Positions 28,301 through 43,099 of a stretch of 64,000 nucleotides of DNA are shown here, piece by piece. The notes beneath the pieces were generated by a model. The model did not search any database. It worked only from the letters and a program-made list of their open reading frames with translations, and was not told where the DNA came from. A program made the translations under genes and the position numbers. Within the stretch, counting starts at the first letter, position 1; every line of letters begins with the position of its first letter. Source of the DNA: the human T2T-CHM13v2.0 reference genome, Homo sapiens; the NCBI RefSeq assembly GCF_009914755.1, contig NC_060931.1; one strand, 5' to 3'.

Positions 28301-29794
28301 AGTTGTGTAGATCATACATTGAAAAAGAGCACCCAACTGAGGGGATACCAGTGCCAGAAATTCAGTCTTGTGCATTAATCAAGCCATGTATTCTGGTGTG
28401 AAAAGGCAATCATCCAGAAAAAGAGACACTTTTTTCACAATTCATGCAAGGAACTATTATGGGCTGGAATCAGTCCTGCTCATCTACCCATGACCCAAGC
28501 AGATTTTTAGTTTACTTATCACTTTCCTGAGCTACTGGATGCTGTGTTTCCTAGCATATTGAACAAATAGCCCTTTGTGGCTGCCAATTTTTCACAGAAA
28601 TCTCAGTTTTAGCTCATGGGTTTCACAGGCCAGATGATCATCATCCAATATTGCACGGACATTTCAACCTTAGCATCCAGTTTTAAGGCCTGTATGTAGA
28701 CTTTGTACTTTGTTGAGCCACTAATTATCAAATACCACTCACCATTCTGTCTCTGTTACCTCTGGCACTTAGGTATTTCACTTTCTTACGATTTTTTGTC
28801 TGCTTCTTATGTTTTATCCAAGAGACTTGTTTGTTTGGAAAGAAAAATACCAGCCCACCAAATCTAGTAGAAACTTAGTACTTTCTTTTTGAATTCATTA
28901 CCGTTTTCTTCATGGACATCAAAATCTCAATGTTACCCTCACTTCACTGGCTGCTTCTTTTAAATCTCTATTCTGAAAAATAATTTTTCTAATTTCGTTG
29001 ACTCTTCTACCTTGGTTCTAATCCTTTGTTGTGGATTAATCTGTTGTTAATATGGTACATTTTTTAATGTGGACAAATGGTAGGATTATTAAAATTATGT
29101 TAAAAATTCTAAATCCTTAAAGATATGACAATTCTTAGTGCTCATTTGTTTCCTGGAAAGAGGTTGTATCTCCAAGAGGGAAGGCATGGAGGAAGTTTGG
29201 TGATTATCCAATCCTTTTCTTTTGATCAATCATATCTCCCTGGAGTCATAACTTCTATTCAAAGTGCATACCAGTAATGTTACTCTTTTCTTTACATTTT
29301 AGTATATATAGTATTGTAAAAGTAACATGTTCTCATTATAAAAAAATGGAAAAAATATAGAAATGTTTTTTAAAAATCAGTTCCATAAAAATAAATAAAT
29401 AAATGTACAACCACAATTTCCAGCCCTTGGTTACTAAATGTTACTGATATTTCTTGACTATCATTTCAATTATCTTTCTATATTCATATTGAAATGAATA
29501 AAGAGATGTACAAAATTTTCTAGTTATTTTATTTAAATGATTTTAAAATGTTATATTTGATTAAGTTTAATTTGTGTTTAAATTTCTAAGAAGAAAAAGA
29601 AACTGAAGGATAGATACCTAATAGTCAGCCAGGACCACCCTAAAAGGTATTCTTCCGACATAATTACACTTAATGTAGTGACTGTCAATATTTTCCATAT
29701 AACCTTTGAAATTTCTTCATAGACAGATAGGTAAACTGTATCTTAATAATACTCAGAAAAGAGGATTAGCTGTGATACTTTATTATCCAAAGAC

Positions 29795-30120
29795 CTGTAA
29801 CTACCTGAAACTTAAATCTCCAAAATGAAACTCTTGATCTCCTCTGCCAAACCTGTTCTTCCTACCACCTGCAAATCTCTGAAATGGTAAATTTATTCTG
29901 CATAGTATTCAAGCTAAAAATTTTTGTCATTTTTTTGTCTCTTTACTTTTCCTTATACCCCAAATCCAATCCTGCCAGTTTTATTTTCTAAATATACCCA
30001 TAACCCAAACACTTTTCATAGCAACTTAATTATAATCCTGGTCCAAATCACTATTATCATCCATGAGAAACTATTGAAATAGCATATTTTACTGCAATAG
30101 CATATATTATTAGCATGGTC
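29795..30120 (+). mobile_element. L2 fragment
   Basis: AAACTCTTGATCTCC..CAAACCTGTTCTTCC..CCCCAAATCCAATC. Confidence 0.6.
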
Positions 30121-31198
30121 TATTTTGCCTACAGAGCTAGCTTTACTGGCTAATCTCATGGTCTGCTGGTAGAGCGGATTATATCTACCATAAGTAAAAA
30201 TTTCTAAGAGATTTCCTGGAAATATAGGAAATAAGAAATACATCGACAAGAATGTAGATAATTAATTGTCAGTGTATGATGACTTAATAACTTTCCCTAA
30301 TCAAACAGTATTGACCAAATGGATTCAGTGAATGATTCTAAAATAAAAAAGAAGCAGACAACAGAATCAAGGGCTGGAGAGGAAAGGATGGACTAATCTG
30401 AAGATCTACAGATACCAAACAATAAATCTTGTGAAAATGATTCCAGCAGAAATGACCCTAATAACATAATGGACCACAATCCAGTGGTATTGAGTTCCTT
30501 CAGGAATAATCTGATGTATTGTGAAGCCAGAATACAAATGGCAGAGTAACATAGAGTGTGGCAGCAGCCACGGAAAAGTGTAGTGGAGACTCAACAATTT
30601 AGAATGAGGAGTTATAGGAAATTGAAGGAAATAACTAAAGTACACTAGAAGGAAAAAGCACAATTTAAAAAAAAAAAAAAGCTTTCTGAAGAACTTGTGA
30701 GGATGGTAAAGGATATGAAAACCTACTTTCCATCATGGAGACATAGTAAACCATATTCTTTCTATGCCTTCAACCATGTCCTTCACTGTGTGGACAGCAT
30801 GCAAGCAAACAGTGAGATTTTCCAGTTAAAACTCACTACCTCTAGCACATACAACTATGTTCAACTTGAGTTGCTAGACACTGTTGATTCAGAACATGCT
30901 TCCAAAAACACAGATACTCTTGTGGCAATTTTTTATTGCCGTCTAGAAGGTTAGTCCTGAAATTGTGTGTGTGTATGTGTGTGTACATACATATATATCT
31001 TGGAGTCCTCTCACTTTGCTGAAATGTGTGCCTTTAATATATGAGAGTGTTCTATACACATAATACCCAGTCTCAGCTTTCTTTCTGGAGCAACTATACC
31101 TGCAAAAGTATCTTCACAGCATGCGTATGCTTCAGTGAAATTCTTTTTTTTTCTTTCATAACCCATGGAGGTAAAGACACAGAAGAAGAGAAATAATA

Positions 31199-31743
31199 CA
31201 GTAGTCCCACCTTATCTGTGGTTTGGCTTTCTACAGTTTCAATTACCTACAGTCAACTGTGGTCAGAAAATATTAAATAGAAAATTCCAGACATAATTCA
31301 TAAGTTGTAAATGTATACAGTGTTCTGAGTAACCTGATGAAATGTTGGGCAGTCCCACCTTCTTCTGCCCAGAGTATCTGCTCTATAGGTGCTCCCTGAT
31401 TGTTAGTCACTTAGGGTTATCACCTGTCCCAGTATTTCAGTGATTTTGTTCAAGAAACTCTTACTGTATTTCTTAATGGACCCAAAGCACAAGAGTAGTA
31501 ATGCTAACAATTAGATATACCAAAGAGAAGCCATAGAATGCTTCCTTTAAGTTGTTAATAAGGAAAGAAAATATATATATACTAAGCTGGCTAAGATCTA
31601 CATTGTAAGAACCAAACTTCATCTGTGCAGTTGTGAAGAAAAAAAATTAATGCATAGCATACACAGGGTTTGGTACTATCCTCGATTTCAGGCATCAACC
31701 AGGCATCTTGAAATGTAGTCCCCATGGTTAAGGGCAGGCTACT
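31199..31743 (+). mobile_element. MER44B-like (Tigger7-derived) DNA transposon
   Basis: Left TIR CAGTAGTCCCACCTTATC preceded by TA; degenerate right TIR GGTTAAGGGCAGGCTACT followed by TA. Confidence 0.85.
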
Positions 31744-32099
31744 TATTACTTAATCTACATTATTCTCCTTTAGCCCTATATACACAGCTTTATCCTAACA
31801 GAATCTGAATCTTGCTGTCTCACACTGGTTAAGAAGATTCACTCTGGCTATGGAGCTCCTCAAATACTAGTGGATAAAGTAATTTTTACCACCACACACA
31901 CTCCAAAGTGTGTTTTTCTTTAATAGAGTGGCAGTTTAGATAGTGGTGTCTTTGCTGGGTGACTGTCCTCAAGATCTGGTTGGAATATCATTCTTAATGT
32001 ATTTGCATACAGGATATAATTCCTTGTTGATACATACCAAAAAGGCTTGATGTTTGTAGGCCACCTTCTCTTTGAACATTCATTCACTACATTTTGTAT

Positions 32100-32290
32100 T
32101 CAAATGGAGACTACAAAGGGAGAGATTTTACTGGGGCACCAAGAAACTCTGAGGAAGATAAATATGTTCTTTATCGTGATTATTGTAATGTTTCCTAGAT
32201 GCATACGTAACAATTTATCAAATGTTGCTTTTTAACAAGATATGGTTTATCATACATCAGCTATACCCCAATAAAGCTGTTAAAAAAAGA
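32100..32290 (+). mobile_element. L1MC/MD/ME 3' terminus
   Basis: ..ATACATCAGCTATACCCCAATAAAGCTGTTAAAAAA. Confidence 0.65.
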
Positions 32291-33539
32291 ATTATATTGG
32301 AAACTTTTATAATAACTGGCGTTTTCTTTTAACTGCATTCTGAGAGTTTATTTTCTTAATGTACTAGGATTCTGTGTAAAACACCAGAAAGAGCAGGAGA
32401 GCTAGAACTGGAAAATGTAAACTTAACTTCTGGTGGTAATTACATTTTAACTTGAGAACTAGAAAACAACAGACAGTAAATAGTCTGTATGCATATATGA
32501 AAATTGTTTATGAATACCATGGTGGAGATTTAATAAAGTACTATGGCTCTCCTAAGAATTTTGTATTTCTGCCAAAGGCTTTTATGAAAACTCTAGAGAA
32601 GATTTAGGTAAAGTAAACCTAGTGAGGGGAATAAATAAAATGGTGTCTCGTTATTCTTTTCAGTTGTGTGATTCTTACTGTCCACTTTCATTGAACCATG
32701 GGAAGCTGCTGCACATTGAACAGAGAAGGTTATGTTAATTTGCTAAAGACACAAAGAAATAAAAACAATCTACACTTCTTTTGTTTTTTCTGACCAAATC
32801 CTTTGTTTTTTTAAAAAAAGAGTTGGTGTATTTTCTCATTCACTTATTTTCTGGGCAGTCTTCATCTCTAATCTGTAATTTAAGGCTAAAGGTTCTATTA
32901 AGTCTTAGAATTTGAATCAAGTAATTTTTGTTTTTCATTTTTACTTGAGTGCATTAAAAACTATGACATTAAAAAATCCACTAGCAATAGTGAACAAAGA
33001 TGTTATTGTAAGTCTTTTATTGTTGGTATTTGTAGATATTGTGGAGCTAATTGTTTATTGTTGCCAAAAATATTTCAATGATGTGCAAAGAACTGGAGAA
33101 GGAAATACATGATAAAAAATTAAAAGCCTAAGACTAGAAGGCTAAAGGGTACTCAAGAAGTCATCAAAGATATAATCACCAGTATTTATTTTTACCAAAG
33201 ATAAAACAAAGAGTCCTAAATGACACTACCTAATAAAGAATATAAATTGCATACCTGAGGACTATTTCCAGGTTCTGAAAATTATTAGCTTCTGAAATAT
33301 ATTTCTGAGGCAAAGATAGGTGGCATAGAATCTTATTTGTCTGAGCTATTTTCAGGGTAGCATGCTCAGAAGTCTTGTGGAGAGACTTTTTTTTTTTTTT
33401 TTTACCATTGTTTATGTGAAAACCAGTCAAAATATGACCAAAAAAATTCATACTAATACCTCATTTATGTGACATTTTATGTTTTTATCTCATATAAGGA
33501 TTTTATAGATAAGATTAAGAACAGGAGTTCCAGCATATA

Positions 33540-35482
33540 ACAAAATAAAAGCAAAATATGACAAAGCAACAATTAACATTACACTATACAAGGAAAAGCT
33601 GAAGGTTTTTTTTTTCTAAGAACTGGAACAAGACAAGGGTGCTCACTCTCGCCACTCTCATTCAACATAGAACTGAAAGTCCTAGCCATAGCAATTAGGC
33701 AAAAAAAAGAAAGAAAGTATCCAAATTAAAAAGAAGAAAGTTGAATTATCTCTCCGTGCCAACATGACCTTAAATAGAGAAAAAGCTAGATTTCACCAAA
33801 AAAACTTTTAAAATGGATAGATGAATTCAGTAATGTTGCAGTATACAAAATCAACATACAAAAATTAGTAGCATTTTTGTATACCAGTAATGAACTAGGT
33901 GAAAAAAGAATTCAAGAAAGCAATTTCATGTATAATGGCTACCCAATAAATAAAATACCTAGGAGTAAATTTAACAAAGGAGATGAAAAATGTCCATCAA
34001 GGAAACTATAAAACAATGATGAAAGAAACTGAAGGGGACACCCACAAAAATGAAAAGACATCTCATGTCATAAATTGGAAGGGGAAATATTGTTAAAATT
34101 ACCACACTACTCAAAGTGATCTACAGATTCAATGCAACCCCTATCAAAATACCAGTGGCATTCTTTACAGAAATAGAAAAAATACAATCCTAAAATTTGT
34201 ACAAACCACAAAAGACACCAAATAGTCAAAGTAATCCTGAGGAAGAAAAACAAAGCTGAAGGCATCACATTATCGGTGTTCAAAATATTCTACAAAGCTA
34301 TAGTAACCAAAACAGCATAATTATAAAAATAGACACATAGATCAATGGAACAAAAGCCCCATATTAATCTATTTATAGCCAACTGATTTTTGACAAAGGT
34401 GCCAAGAACATTTATTGGTCTTTTCAATAAATGGTGCTGGAAAAACTGTATATCCATATGTAGAAGAATGAAACTAGACTCCTACCTCTCACCATATAAA
34501 AAATCAGCCCCAAATGGACTAAAGACTTAAAGACCCGAAACTATGAAATTACTAAAAGAAAACATAGAGAAAATACTCTGGGACACTGGTTTTGGCCAAG
34601 AATTTATGGCTAACATCTCAAAAGCCCAGGCAACATAAGTCAAAATAAACAAATTAGATTATATCAAAATAAAAAAAAACTTCTGCACATCAAAGGAAAG
34701 AATCAATAATGAAAAGACAACCTGCAGACCAGAAGAAATATTTGTAACGTGTTCATCAGACAAGGAATTAATATCCAGGATATAAAAGAAACTCAACAGT
34801 CAAAAAATAGTAATCCAATTAAAAAAGAGCAAATGATCTGAATAGAAAACTCTCAAAAGAAGACTTACAAATGTCCAAGTCTGTGAAAAAAAAATACTAA
34901 TCACTAATGATCAGAGAAATGCAAGTCAAAACCAAAATGTGATATCATCTCATCCCAATTAGAATGGCTACAAAAAAGGCAAAAATTAGCAAGTGCTGTC
35001 GAGGATGCAGATAAAAGGAGACTCTTTTTATACACTGTTGGTAGAAGTGTAAATTAATACAGCCATTATTTAAAAAAAAAAAAGTAGGGAGTTTCCTCAA
35101 AAAGCTAAAAATATGACCGGGCAATCCCACTGCTGGGTTTGTATCCGAAAGAAAGGAAATCAGTATGTCAAAGAGATATATGCGCTACTGTGTTTATTGC
35201 AGCATATTGACAGTAGCAAAGATATAGAATCAATTTAAGTGCCCATCAATGGATGAATGAATAAAGAAAATGTGGTATATACATCTAATGGAATAGTATT
35301 CGGCTATAAAAAGAATGAAATCCTGTAATTCATGGCAATATGGGTGAGCCTGGAGGACATTATGTTACATGAATAAGTCAGGCAAAGAAATATAAAATGC
35401 TCTCACTCATATATGGAAGCTAAAAAAGTTAATCTTGTAGAAGTAGAGAGTAGAATAGTGGTTACTAGTGGTTGAAAAAGGT
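33540..35482 (+). mobile_element. L1MA, 5'-truncated ORF2 and partial 3' UTR
   Basis: Continuous decayed ORF2 (AGAACTGGAACAAGACAAGG, AATAAATGGTGCTGGAAAAACTG) to GTAGAGAGTAGAATAGTGGTTAC. Confidence 0.92.
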
Positions 35483-35825
35483 ATATATAGTCAACTAGTT
35501 GGCTATAACTATAGTTAACTATAGTCTTTGTGTCCATTGTTTTCAATGTTTATTTGAACATATGTATCTTTTACATTTTCCTTTGGATCCTAGAAGAAAT
35601 ATTTTTTTTTCTATTTTTTCCCATTATTCATTGTTTTCATTCAGTTTAACTGCTTGCAAGGTGATTTTTAATTTTGTTTTGGGGTTTTAAGATTTTAATT
35701 TTATTCCTAAATTTAAATATTTTGTTAAATGGTTTTTAAGTAAAAAGGTTGGTTATTGCAACAAATACAATAATGTTAAATAAACAATTATCTATCTGTC
35801 TTCTATTTGTATTATGTATCTACCT

Positions 35826-35957
35826 ATTTTGTGTTTTTAGTGGAGACAGGGTTTCACCATATTGGCTAGGCAGGTCTCAAATTCCTGACCTTAGCTGATT
35901 CACCCACCTTGGCCTCCCAAAGTGCTGGGATTACAGGCGTGAGCCACTGTGCTTAGC
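35826..35957 (-). mobile_element. AluS left monomer fragment
   Basis: GAGACAGGGTTTCACC..CCCAAAGTGCTGGGATTACAGGCGTGAGCC. Confidence 0.9.
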
Positions 35958-35969
35958 TTAACTTTAATT

Positions 35970-36690
35970 TTTAAAAATATTCCATCCAAAAATTTATAAG
36001 ACTAAAACATTGAAACGGCATACACTTTTACCTAAATTTACAAATTGTTAATACTATTATAATTTTTATGAGCCAGCTGAAATAATTAGTGGGCATTGTA
36101 ACCTCACATCTCTCAAACTTAGAACAAAGAAATCATATTCCCTAATTTTGTACAATTATTAAATTCAAGTTTAAGTTTAATAACATATTATTTGATGTAA
36201 TTCATATTAAAATTTTTACAATGCCTCCATTCACAGTTTGTACGATTTTTTTTTCTGATCCACAATACAGTCCAGGATCATGAACTGCATTTATTTTATG
36301 CCTTTTAAGTTTTCTTTAATCATGCACAGTTTCTTTGTCTTTCTTAAGCTGACTTTCTTTTTTAGGAGAACAGGCCAAATGTTTTGGAGAATGTTCCTCA
36401 GTTTGTAACTATTAATTATTTTCCCAAGATTAGATTCAAGTCAACTATTTTTGGCAGGAATACCAAAAAAGTGATATCTTCCCAGAGTATCATGTCACAC
36501 TAATTGTGTCCCATTATTTGTCATGAAAATGTTGATTACTTGGTTACTGTGGTGGCTATCAGATCACTCCACTGTAAAGGCACTTTTTCCTTTCTAATTA
36601 ATATGTAACTTATGGGGAGACACTTTGAGATTGTATAACTGTCCTATTAACTCATTGGTTTTAGCATCCATTGTCTGAATAATTATTTTG
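35970..36690 (-). mobile_element. L1MC4/5-like 3' UTR
   Basis: TCCAGGATCA..GCATTTA, GATTAGATTCAAG..TTTTTGGCAGGAATACC, GGGGAGACACTTTGAGA motifs. Confidence 0.7.
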
Positions 36691-37410
36691 GAGATAGTTT
36701 TAATTCTTGACATGCTTTGTGCTTCCACTAACTTTCCTGAAGCAAAGCTTTCCCCAGGCTGATAGCTCTGGTCTCTTTCAAAGCCTCTTTAACCTTCATT
36801 TCAATTCCTCCAGGTCTCAGACATGGTGTCCATATCTCCCGCTTTGCTTTCTCTCTGAGAGTGGCATTTATCTGCATTCCCCTCTTGCTCAGACAGGGCT
36901 GCATTTTTCTCTTCTCCATTCAGTTTCTGCTTGATATTTCGTTCTGGCATGGCCTCCAGAGCTGGCTCTCCAGATTTGAGCTGTGTATTTCTCCACTTGC
37001 ACATAAACTGTTACAGCGTTTTGTTTCAGAGTCACATTACAGGTCTGATGACCATGGGTGGTTTTATATTTCTTTCCTGGATTTTCTGGAAGAGGGAAAA
37101 AACAAACAAAAAAAAATTGAAAGAGAGATTGAGAGATAAAGTAACAGAAACTGAGAAAAATAGAGACAGAGAGAGGCAGAGAGACAGTGGTTAGGAGGAT
37201 GAACAAAGCATCAGAAGGAAATAAAATAGCATGTAATAGAATAAATATTTTATTGTTATTTTTGCCCCATATTAGGTCAGAATTTACTGAATATCTAACT
37301 TATCTTACCACTTAATTTGGTAAAAACATGACCAAGTTAACAAGAGTTATTTCTGTAGGTGGCAGATGAATTTCCTGTTTTCAGAAGCCATCTTAAAACT
37401 GCGTTTCTTT

Positions 37411-37681
37411 CTTTTTTTTTTTTTAAATTATACTTTAAGTTCTAGGATACATGTGCACAACGTGCGGGTTTGATACATAGGTATACATGTGCCATGTTGG
37501 CTTGCTGCACCCATCAACTCATCATTTATATTAGGTATTGCTCCTAATGCTATCCCTCCCCCAGCCCCTCACCCCCCGACAGTCCCCGGTGTGTGATATT
37601 CCCCACCCTGTGTCCAAGTGATCTCATTGTTCAATTCCCACCTATGAGTAAGAACATGCGGTGTTTGGTTTTCTGTCCTTG
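37411..37681 (-). mobile_element. L1PA (PA4-6-like) 3' end, ~270 bp
   Basis: TTATACTTTAAGTTCTAGG..; TSD TTAA(A/C)ACTGC(G/A)TTTCTTT 37393-37410/37682-37699. Confidence 0.93.
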
Positions 37682-38915
37682 TTAACACTGCATTTCTTTA
37701 TTTGATAAATTGCACAAAGATCCAGGATTTAAAATTGTTGATGAATGTGAATGTAAAAGGAAAAACATATACAAAATGGTTTATGTTAACACACCACCAA
37801 ATATTTTATGTTATGCTTTTCTTTTAAATATGTAACTTTCTCTAAAATGTATATGACACCAATTTGTAATGAAAAGAAAAAAAGAACAAATCCTTAGTTT
37901 GATTTCAAGATGTTTCTCACTTGCTGTATTTAACTAAGAAAGCTACTAATAGCCGATATATGGAGTTTTAGGGAAGTTTCAAGAGGTGCATTCAGGCTTC
38001 ACTGATGTTTACTCATCCTTACACTCCCACACTTAAGGAATTTCACTGTATGTATTAAACTTAATGTTTTTACTAATGCATAGAATCGGACTTATTTAAA
38101 TGGTTCGGTGACATAAGAGTATTAAGAGTGTATGAGTCACTAGTTCTCTCTAAAAATCTTCTGTAATAAATGAACTGTGGCAATCAAGTTTCCAAATTCT
38201 GTTAAGCATAAAATGTAAATTTTGACTATTTCAACCTAAGAAATACATTCAGGCATTTTTATTTTACAATAGTGAGATGGTATCAAAATGGCCCAGTATA
38301 ATAATACACTTAATTTGCCATGTGAAAAATGCATTTAATATTCCTGATGAAAAGAAGCTCTATTAAACTGAATGGCCTATTTCCTATTTTCAAATATCTT
38401 AGGTTCTTACAATGAACTTCTTAAAATATCCCAATGCTGCTGAATTGCTAGTGCATTAAGTGAACATTTCATTTACCATTCTCAGATAAATATACATATA
38501 AACTATGTTTTATTTAAGACGCTTAGCTGGAGTGTGAAACATAGTTAAATAAAAAATATTTAATAACCGAGTTTCAAATATTTAATAACCCAGTTTCAAA
38601 AGGTCAGCTTTCTATTTTAATTCCTCAGAATATGTAAATTCTTGACATCACCAGTATTTAATGAAAATTTTATTTCAATACTGTGAATAAATTAAGAAAG
38701 ATCTTGTTAATACATCACATTGAAATGTTGATTGTATCTCATGCAAACTCTAAAATTAGAGTCTGTATAATGTTAAACAACTATATCTTTTGCACTCAAA
38801 GAGATTTTAATATCTGTTAAAATAATTTTTTTTGGCCTGGTCTCCTTGTTCGGTCTCTTCTTAATCAAAACCATTCTCCACATTATTTTAGTTAAATCAA
38901 TAATTTCATCACTTT

Positions 38916-39419
38916 TGTGATGAAACTAAAACAAACAACTCTGACATCCAGGAACTAGCCTGATACTCACAGTGAAGCCATATGTTTTTCCTTTTGGATA
39001 TAAACAATTTTAGAGAGCATAAACACCAGATAAGGTCATTTTGAGATCATTATAAAGTAACCCAAAACAAGGTCACTACTTAAGCCACAATATACTACAC
39101 AATCCCTGACCCAGCTAAAATGAGTAACTGCTGCTTCTTTACCAATGACAGCTGTATCCCTCCTCTAGTCTGCCTAACCTATAAGATTTATTGAGATACC
39201 CCACTGTGGAATTGCCCCCTCTTTCTGACAGAACCTAATCTAGAATGAACTCTGCCTTCCCTAGATACTCAAAATTGCCTGACAAGAGCTCAATCCTACT
39301 ATAGTTTTTTCCTAATATCGGTTATCAAGATAATCACCTTTCCCCATGGTGAGTGTTCCCCCTCATTGCAACAATAAGCCCATCTTGTTAATTATAGGTG
39401 TATTCTTTTTGGTTTAACA
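38916..39419 (+). mobile_element. ERV1 solo LTR (MER67/MER31-like)
   Basis: TG..CA ends; CTGCTGCTTCTTTACCAAT..ATAAGATTTATTGAGATACCC motif; subfamily uncertain. Confidence 0.6.
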
Positions 39420-39829
39420 GCACATTGACATTGCTTCAGTGATTTTCTTTGTCTACATGAGTCCATCCAGTCCTTTGAACATGTCTTGCAAGATCCTGCA
39501 TGCTTTTCTTCTCCTACTTGGCAGCTTATCAGCTGCTGCTACTTTTTCAAAAGGCAGCTTTTTCTTCCAATCAACTTTCCTATTCCCCAAATGCTCCATA
39601 ATAACAACTAAGTCACAAGAAAAAATGAGGAGTTTGGAAGAGAAAAGTAGGGTAAAGAGGAAAAATAGGAACCCAAATTGCTCATGTGTTTTTATTTGAA
39701 AGAGATTTGTAGTGAATGCATCATGGCCTTGGCATCAGTTCTTTTATAAGGGAATCTGAGGAGAGCTAAGTCGAGCGTCTTACAATGCTTGTCTATTCTT
39801 TACACAAAGCTCTCATCAGCTAAGACTTT

Positions 39830-39990
39830 GTGTGGAAAATAATGTCATCCTATCAGTTAACCACAGAATCTGAAGGCTGTACTCTAGACCAATTAAATCA
39901 GAGGCACTGAGGGTGGCTCTTAGACATCAGTATTTTTGAAGTCCCCAAGATAATTTCAATGTGTAGTCAAGATCTATAGCCACCACTATG
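39830..39990. mobile_element. MER5-like hAT MITE
   Basis: AGACCAATTAAATCAGA..CATCAGTATTTTT..CCCCAAGATAATTTCAATGTG. Confidence 0.65.
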
Positions 39991-41446
39991 AAGAAAAACA
40001 AGAGAGTAATAAAAAGAATATTCAGCTGAGTGGTTGTTTCTGGCAAGGGGAGAGAGAGAAATGCATTCAGAAAGGGACTTAAGTATGTTGGCATATTCTA
40101 TTGCAAAGGTGGGCAATGATGTGTTAGGTTTTACTAATCTTACTATTATATTAATATCACTATTAATAATTCTGACTGTACTTTACATATATTATTTTTT
40201 GAATGAAATGGTAATTTAAAAATCATTTATAAAATTCAAGGACGATAGATTTGCCTTTTATTTTCAATAATCCATTTAAGAGAGGTCCTTTCAGTCATCA
40301 ATGCTAACACATATATAATTACTTAGATGCCACTAACCCAATTACTTACACAGCCTGTATGTAAACAACAAAGCTCCCCCACAAAAAAGTTAATTTATTG
40401 GATGGAGATAAATAAATTTCCATAATGAATATCATTGTCTTAAAAACAATAACAACAGAAACTTTTTTATGCAGCATCTTTTTCTCTTCTATAAATGAAG
40501 AAAAAATGAGAAAAAAAAACAGCATTTCGGAAATTCTGCTATTGCTGAGTGACTCTAAACTGAACTGGCAAAGGCTCTCTTAGAGCTACTGGAGACCTCA
40601 CTAAAGAAGAGTTGGCATTTACTCTTTCTTCTACCCACAGGATACCAATATAAGCATTAGGAACACCAATTCCATGACTCTCCTAGTACTGCCTGGCAAA
40701 GTCCTGTTAAAATTCTGCAGCTAAATCTTAATGTTCCCCTGTCATAACCAGGGGGATACTAAATTCCTTTTTATATCTCACAGAAAATATTTTCCATTAA
40801 ATGGCAGTTGATATTAAGGAAATGTTTGAGGGATTTGCTGATTATCTCAATACTTTGTAAGTAATTGACATAAATCTAGTCACATTGAAGTGATTATACT
40901 TGTTCTGACAGTGATAGGAAAGAATACCACTCAAAATAGGTTATTGAAAAGAAGAGTGCATTTGCTGTGTTTGAATACCATTTATTTACTTGTTTAAATT
41001 TCCATGTTATTTCAAACTACAGTAAGGCATTTTCAAGATTATCTGTAATTACTACAAGGATGGTAGTTCTGTCGTTTTATTCTGTTCCATTTTTAGTGGG
41101 AAAGTAATAATAAAGAAAGTAGTAAGGATATAAATGACATCTAAATCCTATGATTGTCACTCCAGCATAGATTTGATTGATCTGAGTTTGTATGTGCATA
41201 GGAATTTGAGCTGGATATCAAAGAGGATAAGATCCTAAGAGATATAAATTCAGATCTATATTAAGAGCTTTCATCTATCCGTGTCCCAGAAAAACACATA
41301 CAGACAGCCTCTCAACAGTAATATAAATAAAACAGATGTCAGGTAATATATGTGAATAATACAAATCTTAGAAATACTTTCTGATAATTATTACAATAGC
41401 AATGTTTTCTGAATATTACTCTGAGGAAGTAGCACTAAGTAGTACA

Positions 41447-41657
41447 CAGGTCTTCACACCACTGTTCATCTGGCATATTACCTATTTTTGTAAATAAAAT
41501 TTTACTTGAACACAGCCATGACTCTTCATTTATGAATGTCTATTTCTGCATTCATAATACAGCAGCCTCATTGACTTGTTGCAACAGAGAACTTTAAAAC
41601 TTGCACGTTGAAAATAGTTACTATCTGACCCTTTACAGAAAACTTTTATTGACCTCT
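41447..41657 (+). mobile_element. MER58A (hAT-Charlie)
   Basis: TTTTGTAAATAAAATTTTACTTGAACACAGCCA..TACTATCTGACCCTTTACAGAAAA. Confidence 0.82.
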
Positions 41658-43099
41658 AAAGTAGTAGATGAGAGTAAATATGGTACTTGCATTCAGGTTG
41701 CCTTACTGGTTACTGTGTAACTTTGGACAAATTACTTACTCTCTCTCTGCCTTAGTTTCTTCTTCCTTAATATTTCTAAGGCATGTAGAGTATCACCTAT
41801 GGTTCTTCAAATTTGGGTAATGTAACAAATAATATCTTGTTAAATTTACCAAAATTATTTTCAGAATGAAAAATGCAAAGCATTTTTTAAAACAATGCAA
41901 CTTTATTATCATCATCATATTTACAGATTTTCAGGAAATATCTGTTTTTGTAGTAAATATCAAAGTTATGGGTCCAGATTATCTAGCCTTCCAGGAAGTT
42001 ATATTTCTCAAATCACACTTTATACTTTTATTCTCCTCTCACAAATGTATTTTTATCCCCTTCAGCAAATGACGTTTTGCCACTTGTAAAGTTAAGTGAT
42101 TTGAGAAAATCTGTCATTTTACTTTCTTTGATAGTCCACAAAGGTCTAACTGCATCTTCCTTAGTATTGTTCGTACTATTTTTTACTTTATTTTTCAAAA
42201 AGAAGAGCATTAATTTATCAGGGGTTATGTTATTTGTTGCTTAGGCTTTTATCACTTTGTCCTTCTCTAGGTGGAAAAGCGATATATCCTGTTAGGAATG
42301 TTATGGTTTTGATAGTCCACCACAGTTATGTGCTGGACTGATTATGCTGGTTGAGGTTAATGGCACAAGACTGTCCACACATTCCTTTTCACTGGATCTA
42401 TTTTCTATGGCCCTCCTTACTGATAAGGGAACAACATTTGGCAATGACACAGTAAATAGCAAGATTTTAACACTGCCAAGGGACTCTGTGAGTACTTAAT
42501 GAGCCATTTTACTTTGCTAATTTCTTACCCTTTGCTCTGTGTTATTAGGTTAGTAGGCAAATTGGAACTATAAAGTCGAAGGCTGCCACACACATCACTG
42601 AAATAAATTCTGGGTTTTGGTTTCTGTGTCATTGTTTTGCAAAGCATTTTCGATGTCAGTTTTCAAGAAATGATACATTGTCTAATCAGAATGGTAAACA
42701 TTGTCTTATGTTTGGGGATTTTGGCACTGAAATATTTTCATTTATTTTACCTTGGATCTGAATCCTCATTATTCCTCCTACCTCTCAGCTCTAGCGTGAA
42801 TAGTTCGTGGCTTTCCTATGTCAACTAGATGATACTATTAAAACAGATGAGATCCATCTCTATCTTCTGGTCTACAGTAATAATAATTTGATCAGATAAT
42901 AAAAAGTAAAGATCCCAGAATTTGAAACATGATGAAGTCATAACAACAATAAAAGGATCAAATAATCTCATTCAGTATCAGAGTTCAGTCATAATGCTTG
43001 CAAATTTTCCATATGTCCTGAGACACACACATGCAGTAGTCTACAGTACTCTCTTATTTCTTCTCATTACCCTCATAAATATAGCTTACTTCAAGCTGA

